A stretch of DNA of 14,440 nucleotides, from positions 1 to 14,440 of the IMG/VR virus record IMGVR_UViG_3300045988_082315; one strand, written 5' to 3'. Positions 8,859 to 14,440 of this stretch are shown piece by piece (the stretch's first letter is position 1; the number at the start of each line of letters is the position of its first letter). The stretch comes from a virus. Both the position numbers and the translations under genes were made by a program. The notes below the pieces were generated by a model. It was not told the origin of the DNA, searched no databases, and saw only the letters and a program-made list of their open reading frames with translations.

Positions 8859-9626
8859 CTATACTAAATTATAAAATAGACAGTCTAACTCTTTATAAAT
8901 TAAACTATATATTGATTTTATATTTTCTTGCATTTCTTTTAAAATTGCTATTTTATCTGCTGGCGTTCTTGTTACTGTTTCATTATATATTTTATTGTCT
9001 GTACCTTGATTTGTTGCTTGTGATGTTCCTTTACTTTGTGAATTATCATTACCAGTATTTGTATTTGTATCATAACTATAATTAGTAACATAACTTCCGT
9101 TTCTTAAATCTTCAAGTTGGTTTTGAGGTAGTTCGCTATTTCTTCTGTCTGATATATCTTCTGTACTTGTTGTAGAACTATTTTCTAATGTATTGCTTGT
9201 ATTATTTGTATTTTGTGATGTTGTATTATCTGTACCAGTTCTAGTAGTAACTTCGCCGTCGTTAAAAATTTCCCAATTTTCTAATGCGTTAAACATTTTA
9301 TTGTATAATGGCATTATTTCGTTTAGTTTTACGTCTAGTTGTATTCTAAAAGCTGTTACAGTTTCAAAACCAATTCGGCGTTGTAAATAATGATTTAATA
9401 TCATTATTTCAAATTTTTCCTTATCTAAATATTGTGATAAAGGATAATCAAAGTTAAAAATAGTTGTTCGTCCTTCTTTTGCTAAGTCTTTTATTTTTGT
9501 GTAGTCTTCTTCCTCTTTATCTCCATTTACGATAGAATTTAAAATAGAATATAAAGTAGGTGGTTTACTACAATTAGGTGGTAAAAAAGGATAAAACATA
9601 AATAAACCGTTATAATATGGTATCAT
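8859..9626 (-). CDS. Lower collar / connector protein, phi29 gp11-like
   Basis: Intact 255 aa ORF between appendage and portal genes, containing FNFDYPLSQYLDKEKFEIMILNHYLQRRIGFETVTAFRIQLDVKLNEIMPLYNKMF, typical of this family; synteny. Confidence 0.72.
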   Translation of the reverse strand: MIPYYNGLFMFYPFLPPNCSKPPTLYSILNSIVNGDKEEEDYTKIKDLAKEGRTTIFNFDYPLSQYLDKEKFEIMILNHYLQRRIGFETVTAFRIQLDVKLNEIMPLYNKMFNALENWEIFNDGEVTTRTGTDNTTSQNTNNTSNTLENSSTTSTEDISDRRNSELPQNQLEDLRNGSYVTNYSYDTNTNTGNDNSQSKGTSQATNQGTDNKIYNETVTRTPADKIAILKEMQENIKSIYSLIYKELDCLFYNLV

Positions 9627-10527
9627 TTTCGCCCTCTCCTTCCTCGTCTTCGTAGACGTCTTCTATTTCTTCTATGCTAGTTGGTATTCCGTCGTAGTAT
9701 TTTACTTCTATTTTTTGTTCTATTGCTTGTTTTCCATTAACTAATATTTTATTTGCTAATTTTTCGTTTATTTCTTCTATCGCTTTTTTTCTAGGCTCGA
9801 AACGACTATATCTACTTGCAACTGTTCCCCCTTGGCTTGCTAATACTTCGTCGCGTATATTACGCTCTTTCTTTTGAAAATTCATATTAGCAATTCCAAT
9901 AAGTCGTAAAAATTCGTTCCAGTCTTTCTCTTTGTGTTCGTCTATTTTATCTGCTACGAAAGGTGCTGGCGCTAGTACTAATGTTGTATCGTCTAAGTCT
10001 AAGTCGTCGTATGAAATAACTGTATTTTCCATACCGTCTACGTTATTTACTAAGTCTTGTATTGATTTTACTTTTTCTGTTTTTGTTTTCCAAAACCTAG
10101 GCGTTTTTTGTTGGGCTATATTTATATCTGTTGTTCTAGTGTCTAACGCGATACGCTCGCTGTATTGTAATATATCTAACCATAATGGATAGCGTCCGTT
10201 ATTATCGTACATTATAACAAAGTCGTCTTGATTTCTTAATAATTTAGTATATCCGTTTTGTGATGTTACTTGTATGCTTGTAGGTCTTCCGTATACATCT
10301 AATTTACCAATATTTTGATATGGTAAAGCTAAAAGTCCTAATACTTCGTCTACAAAAAATGCTATACTTCCTTGTCTTAATAATGTTTTATTTAAGTATG
10401 CTGTGTCTATAAATTTTGACATATTTGAAAATTCAAACACATTTTCGGCAAGTGTAAGTAATTGTCTTTTATACATTTCGTAAGTTTTAAAATTAGACAA
10501 CTGCGAATTTATTAGTTTACGTTTCAT
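9610..10527 (-). CDS. Portal / upper collar protein, phi29 gp10-like
   Basis: Intact 305 aa ORF in the phi29 connector position and size range; no in-frame CGG. Confidence 0.78.
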   Translation of the reverse strand: MKRKLINSQLSNFKTYEMYKRQLLTLAENVFEFSNMSKFIDTAYLNKTLLRQGSIAFFVDEVLGLLALPYQNIGKLDVYGRPTSIQVTSQNGYTKLLRNQDDFVIMYDNNGRYPLWLDILQYSERIALDTRTTDINIAQQKTPRFWKTKTEKVKSIQDLVNNVDGMENTVISYDDLDLDDTTLVLAPAPFVADKIDEHKEKDWNEFLRLIGIANMNFQKKERNIRDEVLASQGGTVASRYSRFEPRKKAIEEINEKLANKILVNGKQAIEQKIEVKYYDGIPTSIEEIEDVYEDEEGEGENDTIL

Positions 10528-10554
10528 TTTCTTTCTCCCTTCTTATAAAATAAT

Positions 10555-10581
10555 AACGGCTAGATTTTATATCCAGCCGTT
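10555..10581 (-). terminator. Intrinsic terminator after the capsid gene
   Basis: On the minus strand AACGGCTGGAT-ATAAA-ATCTAGCCGTT (11 pairs incl. one G-U) followed by ATTATTTT. Confidence 0.75.
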
Positions 10582-10588
10582 TTGTTTA

Positions 10589-11996
10589 TTAAAGAACTGT
10601 TATACTTGCTGTTCCACTTTGTTCATTATCATATACACTTGTAGCTGTTACTATTACTAGTTTGTCTTCTGCGTCTGGTGTAGTTGCTACGTGTCCAGCT
10701 GGAATATGTACTTTTCCGTTTAAGTCGACAGTCGCTTTTTTTGCTGGGTCTTCTTCTGGGTCTTGTGTTATACTCCAAGTTACAGCTTTATTAGCAAAAC
10801 CAGTAGTTGTAACAACTGCTTGTAATTGAACATCTAAACCAGCACTAGCTGATACTTCGCTTGGATTTACTGCTACTTCTGTTACAGCTGGTGTATCTAT
10901 GGTAAATACGCAAGCTCCGTTTAAATGGCGAAGTAGACAACACTTTCCAAGTGTGAAGCCAATGATTTCTTTTTAATGTTTCTGGGTTATAGAAGTCAGT
11001 CATTTTAGTATCTGCGTTATTATCCATTGCGTAAGAATAATCTTGGAAAAATTCCTCGTCTATTATGACTGCTGGTATATTTCTTAATGCTGTTAATTCT
11101 GTTTCTGTAAATGGTACGTATGCGTCGCCAAGTAATTCTTGTAATCTCGCTTCGTCGTGATTTCCGAAACCATCTATTAAAGCACTTCTTGACTTCATTT
11201 CTGCTTCATTACGGAAGAAAGAAGTTGCTAAAACATCTGTTGACATATCAGCTTCAAAATCTGTATTGATAATAGCTATTTGATTATCAAATGGAGTTGA
11301 AACTCTTACGCCAGCTGGGTTATAGTTTGGACTTCTGAAAGTCATTAAATTTGATACAGATTTTAACTTCGCTACTCTTTGTCTTGGTGTTAAGTTTGCG
11401 TAATCGTCAATTTTAACACTTGTAATAGTTCCGTCTATAATTCTTCTACATAACATATATTTATCTGCTATATATTTATCGTATTTATAACCTTCATATA
11501 AAGAGCCTACTATTTTTTCGATTAAATCGAATAAGCCCCCTTCTGTATTGAAAGCCATTGCCATTTGTTCGTCAGATGTTGTAGTTTTATAAAATTTTTG
11601 ATAATTGATTTCGTGTAGATAATTATATACGTTTGGTACTACATTTTCTAAGAAATGGTCTACGTCATTTGCAAATTCGTTATAATCATAAACATTTGCT
11701 ATATCTACTATCAATTCTCTAACTGTTTGCCCATAAGGTAAAGTACCTCTGTTTGCAAAAACTTCCCAAGGGTTTTCCCAGTAATTTCTATCTATTACTG
11801 TTAAACCTATTAAATTTATTGTATTTAAGAAAGCATTTTTATATCTTTCATTTGACATTATCAATTTACCTATTGGCGCTATGCTTTCGCCTTGTACTGG
11901 TAAATCTATTTCACTTGCTAGCTCTGGTGTAGTATTTATAATAAATGATAAAAGCTCGCTATCATTATTAACTTTTAAAACTTTATTTAAAGCCAT
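10589..11996 (-). CDS. Major capsid protein with C-terminal Ig-like (BIG_2-type) domain, requiring one +1 shift at CGG (10919-10917)
   Basis: ORF 10845-11996 encodes the capsid body. Skipping the C at 10919 extends it to 468 aa with GACVFTIDTPAVTEVAVNPSEVSASAGLDVQLQAVVTTTGFANKAVTWSITQDPEEDPAKKATVDLNGKVHIPAGHVATTPDAEDKLVIVTATSVYDNEQSGTASITVL*. Confidence 0.85.
10916..10919 (-). other. CGG-dependent +1 recoding site 7 (AAA CGG A -> AAA c GGA)
   Basis: CGG in frame with the capsid ATG at 11996. The +1 frame runs through a full Ig-like domain to TAA at 10591-10589. Confidence 0.9.
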
Positions 11997-12019
11997 TTTA
12001 TTTTCCTACCTTTCTATAA

Positions 12020-12298
12020 TTAAATTTCTTTTATGTCGATTACTTCTTTTTCTTCTAATTCTTCGTCGACTTCTTCTTTTTTGTCTTCGGCGTCTTTTTT
12101 GTCGTCGCCTTTTAAAAATCTTTGTTTATATTTTTCTTGTAAATCGTCAAGTTTTGCTTGTAACTCGTCTATTTTAGTTGTATCTACTTCGCCTACTTCC
12201 ATACTATCTTCTATGTCTTCTAGTAATTGTATTGCAATGTCGTTATCTGTTACAAGTTCATTAACTTTTTGTTTTAATTCTTCTTTACTAAGCTTCAT
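12020..12298 (-). CDS. Putative scaffold protein, phi29 gp7-like
   Basis: 92 aa, highly charged, coiled-coil-like, directly upstream of the capsid gene. Confidence 0.6.
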   Translation of the reverse strand: MKLSKEELKQKVNELVTDNDIAIQLLEDIEDSMEVGEVDTTKIDELQAKLDDLQEKYKQRFLKGDDKKDAEDKKEEVDEELEEKEVIDIKEI

Positions 12299-12566
12299 TT
12301 TCTTTCTCCTCCTCTCCTTTTTTACTTTTCTTTGTTCTTGTGTTTTTTACTTCCATTGTATCGCATAATCGTTGCATTACTAATGTATTATTGTTTATAG
12401 CGTCTTTTAATTCGTCTTTGTATGCTAGCATAACTTTTGTATGCTGTGCATTTAATGTACTTGTTTCTTCCATATTTTTATCTGTTATGTATTTAACATA
12501 CCAGCCCATACCTAAACACGCTACAATAGGAAAGCAATAACTACCCAGTAATTGTAAAATATCCAT
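12288..12566 (-). CDS. Putative holin-like small membrane protein
   Basis: One N-terminal hydrophobic segment (LLGSYCFPIVACLGMGWYVKYI) followed by a charged cytoplasmic tail; near lysis genes. Confidence 0.5.
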   Translation of the reverse strand: MDILQLLGSYCFPIVACLGMGWYVKYITDKNMEETSTLNAQHTKVMLAYKDELKDAINNNTLVMQRLCDTMEVKNTRTKKSKKGEEEKENEA

Positions 12567-12603
12567 TTCGTTTCTCTCCTTTCTCGTTAGTATCTATTAA
12601 AAT

Positions 12604-12632
12604 TATTAGCATAAAATTAAAATTTTGTCAAT
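12604..12632 (-). promoter_or_regulatory. Promoter for the leftward structural operon
   Basis: Minus strand TTGACA (12632-12627), 17 bp spacer, TAATAA (12609-12604), about 40 bp upstream of the start at 12566. Confidence 0.7.
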
Positions 12633-12638
12633 AATAAA

Positions 12639-12665
12639 ACGAACATTTTAAAAAAATGTTCGTTG
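12639..12665 (-). terminator. Intrinsic terminator after the lysis genes, overlapping the end of the M23 gene
   Basis: 12 bp stem AACGAACATTTT/AAAATGTTCGTT followed on the minus strand by TTATTATT. Confidence 0.75.
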
Positions 12666-13214
12666 TTTTCTTATTTTATTTGTTAATACAGCCCAAGGAA
12701 ATCTACGTTTTTTTAATATTATAGTTGGTGTCGGTGGTTCTGGTGGTATAGTTCCGTCCCAATGCACTATTGTTCCTCTTATATTTGGTATATTTAAAGC
12801 GTCGCTAGGATTTAAAAAAGTATCATAATTCCAAATAGGGCTTGTAGCATATTCCAAATGTAAATGTATTCCTGTTACATTACCTGTTGCCCCCATAATT
12901 CCGACTATTGTATTTGTGTTTACTGTGTCGCCAACATTTAAAGAACTAGCACTTTGCATATGACAATAACGCCAATAATTTCCTGTTTGACTGTCTTGTA
13001 TAATTATTTGATTACCTAATGTTTCGTCATATAATATATTTTGTACTGTTCCGTTGCAAACAGAATATAAACTAGGGTTTGCAGGTGTAGAACCATAAGG
13101 TGCAAAGTCTGTTCCAGTATGGTATCTTGCCCAACTTGCCCCTGTTTCTCCAAAAACAGCAGTTAAAATACTATCGCTATGGATTGGCGAATTATTTATT
13201 GTTACTTCTGCCAT
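12648..13214 (-). CDS. M23-family metallopeptidase (peptidoglycan endopeptidase)
   Basis: HTGTDFAPYG and HLHLEY motifs, G-x-V-x-GD-VNTNTIVGIMGATGNVTGIHLHLE architecture. Confidence 0.88.
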   Translation of the reverse strand: MAEVTINNSPIHSDSILTAVFGETGASWARYHTGTDFAPYGSTPANPSLYSVCNGTVQNILYDETLGNQIIIQDSQTGNYWRYCHMQSASSLNVGDTVNTNTIVGIMGATGNVTGIHLHLEYATSPIWNYDTFLNPSDALNIPNIRGTIVHWDGTIPPEPPTPTIILKKRRFPWAVLTNKIRKQRTFF

Positions 13215-13215
13215 A

Positions 13216-14022
13216 TTATTTAATCACCAACTTTTGATTTGGATATATTAAATTAGGATTTGAAATATTATTATCTTTTGCTATTTTTTGGTATGTTGTA
13301 TTAAATTTTTGCGCTATTTCTGATAATGTATCCCCAGATTTTACTATGTATATTATTTCATTTGTTCCTTGTGAAACATTTGTATATATTTTTAATTTTT
13401 GATTTGGATATATTAAATTAGGGTTTGAAATATTATTATCTTTTGCTATTTTTTGATATGTTGTATTATATTTTTGTGCTATTTCTGATAGTGTGTCCCC
13501 AGCTTTTACAATATATTCAATATATTCTAAGTTATCAACAACGTTTTCCACATTTTCCACAACGTCATATTTAGTCAAATTATTACTATTTATTATTGAC
13601 ATTATAGTATTTATATATGTTGGACTTGTAGCATAACCCCCATTTTTTATTGCTGTTATACACTCTAACGGTGTTTCTGCTACTGTTGCTTTTCTGTATC
13701 TTTCTAATTTTGTTATTAAGTCGAAATAATCTGATATACTTTCTGCTAAACTGTTATATGCTCTAAAACAAGCTGTTATATTTGTGTAACTTACGCCGTC
13801 GTAACACTCTTGCGTATTTGCATTATATACTTTACCTTTCCAATTAGATGTTGCTTTTATGCCAAAAATTGCATTTGCTTTCATCATTATTTTACTTTGC
13901 CCCCAGCCACTTTCACATATTGCTTGCGCTATTACTACGCTTGAAAATAAAGGATAACCCCTTTTTTTGTTTTCTGCTTGTACTAATGGTGCTATTGTTG
14001 GTATAAATTCACTTTTGTTCAT
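13216..14022 (-). CDS. Glucosaminidase (GH73-like) endolysin with two LysM domains
   Basis: [15 protein letters not shown] catalytic-type N-terminus; two [15 protein letters not shown] LysM repeats at the C-terminus. Confidence 0.88.
   Translation of the reverse strand: MNKSEFIPTIAPLVQAENKKRGYPLFSSVVIAQAICESGWGQSKIMMKANAIFGIKATSNWKGKVYNANTQECYDGVSYTNITACFRAYNSLAESISDYFDLITKLERYRKATVAETPLECITAIKNGGYATSPTYINTIMSIINSNNLTKYDVVENVENVVDNLEYIEYIVKAGDTLSEIAQKYNTTYQKIAKDNNISNPNLIYPNQKLKIYTNVSQGTNEIIYIVKSGDTLSEIAQKFNTTYQKIAKDNNISNPNLIYPNQKLVIK
13219..13350 (-). repeat. LysM repeat copy 2
   Basis: 44 aa unit nearly identical to copy 1. Confidence 0.85.
13384..13515 (-). repeat. LysM repeat copy 1
   Basis: 44 aa unit nearly identical to copy 2. 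Confidence 0.85.
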
Positions 14023-14024
14023 AT

Positions 14025-14264
14025 TTATTCTCCTTTCTTATAAAATGATAATATTATTTTACTATCTATTATATTTTCTATTGTAGCAATATTTGCGTCT
14101 AATGTCAATTTCGCATTGTATAAATATTCAAATTTGCTTTCGTATGTTACGCCCTTGTATTCTAGTTTTATTACTATTTCGTATTTTCTTATATCTTTGT
14201 AGTTTACCTCTACTATTAAATTTTTGTATTTTAATTGTAATTTTTCTTCTATTTCTAATTCCAT
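14025..14264 (-). CDS. Small hypothetical protein
   Basis: 79 aa intact ORF, tightly packed with neighbours, AGGAAA-like RBS upstream. Confidence 0.6.
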   Translation of the reverse strand: MELEIEEKLQLKYKNLIVEVNYKDIRKYEIVIKLEYKGVTYESKFEYLYNAKLTLDANIATIENIIDSKIILSFYKKGE

Positions 14265-14440
14265 TTTTTTATTTTCCTTTCTTTCATAATATTTTTAATA
14301 TATTTTTCGCTTTCCTCTGATAATTCAATTTTTGTTTTAATTAATTCGTCCGAAGTACAACCTAAATTTATACATTTATTTATTGTTTTATAATATTCTA
14401 TTAATTTTAATATATAATTTAATAATATTTCTTCGTTCAT
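14255..14440 (-). CDS. Small hypothetical protein
   Basis: 61 aa ORF whose ATG coincides with the end of the window; overlaps the downstream ORF start. Upstream signals are not visible. Confidence 0.55.
   Translation of the reverse strand: MNEEILLNYILKLIEYYKTINKCINLGCTSDELIKTKIELSEESEKYIKNIMKERKIKKWN

Noticed and set aside
1188-10192. Antisense/nested ORFs at 1188-1400(-), 2789-2995(-), 3748-3999(-), 5361-5567(-), 6743-6961(+), 7192-7404(+), 8651-9085(+), 9193-9390(+), 9932-10192(+)
   Set aside because: They are opposite longer genes with recognisable products, have low-complexity Leu/Ile/Phe-rich translations, and lack convincing RBSs; also rejected for 11881-12177(+), 12033-12368(+), 12340-12540(+), 14093-14320(+).
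831-11996. Seven random sequencing/assembly indels as explanation for the split genes
   Set aside because: Errors would fall mainly in the many A/T homopolymers and in either direction. Here all seven are the same base, same direction and same in-frame CGG context, while about 40 other C-GG junctions are intact. It cannot be fully excluded without reads and is listed as the key refutation test.
831-11996. CGG simply reassigned to another amino acid (e.g. Trp or Gln)
   Set aside because: A three-base reassignment keeps the zero frame, which runs into stops with non-homologous sequence at every site; a +1 frame change is required.
400-14440. TGA or TAG reassignment (code 4 or 15)
   Set aside because: Long ORFs are intact with TGA and TAG as stops, Trp is encoded by TGG, and reassigning stops would not repair the frame breaks.
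1-14440. CRISPR array, transposon, restriction or other defence cassette
   Set aside because: No regular repeat-spacer pattern, no transposase/integrase signature, and every sizeable ORF fits a phi29-like phage module.

Overview
The window is most of a small phi29-like phage genome (protein-primed, podovirus type, AT-rich low-GC host). A rightward operon (about 400-6643) carries an SSB-like protein, terminal protein, family B protein-primed DNA polymerase, a small protein, packaging ATPase and tail knob. It converges on a leftward cluster (6688-14440) of receptor-binding/beta-helix protein, lower collar, portal, major capsid protein with Ig-like C-terminus, scaffold-like, holin-like, M23 peptidase, LysM glucosaminidase and two small ORFs. 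The main observation is that four essential genes are broken into +1-shifted ORFs at seven places, and each break falls exactly on an in-frame CGG codon. Skipping the C of CGG, or reading CGGN as one four-base codon (most simply Gly), restores the terminal protein (2 sites), DNA polymerase (3 sites), packaging ATPase (1 site) and major capsid protein (1 site). By hand inspection, no annotated CDS has a CGG in its zero frame that is read through normally. CGG is nevertheless common out of frame (about 40 C|GGN junctions). This points to a systematic CGG-dependent +1 recoding / four-base decoding system, probably tied to a host in which CGG is unassigned or has no cognate tRNA. A candidate structured leader RNA (pRNA-like by position), promoters and terminators are also noted.
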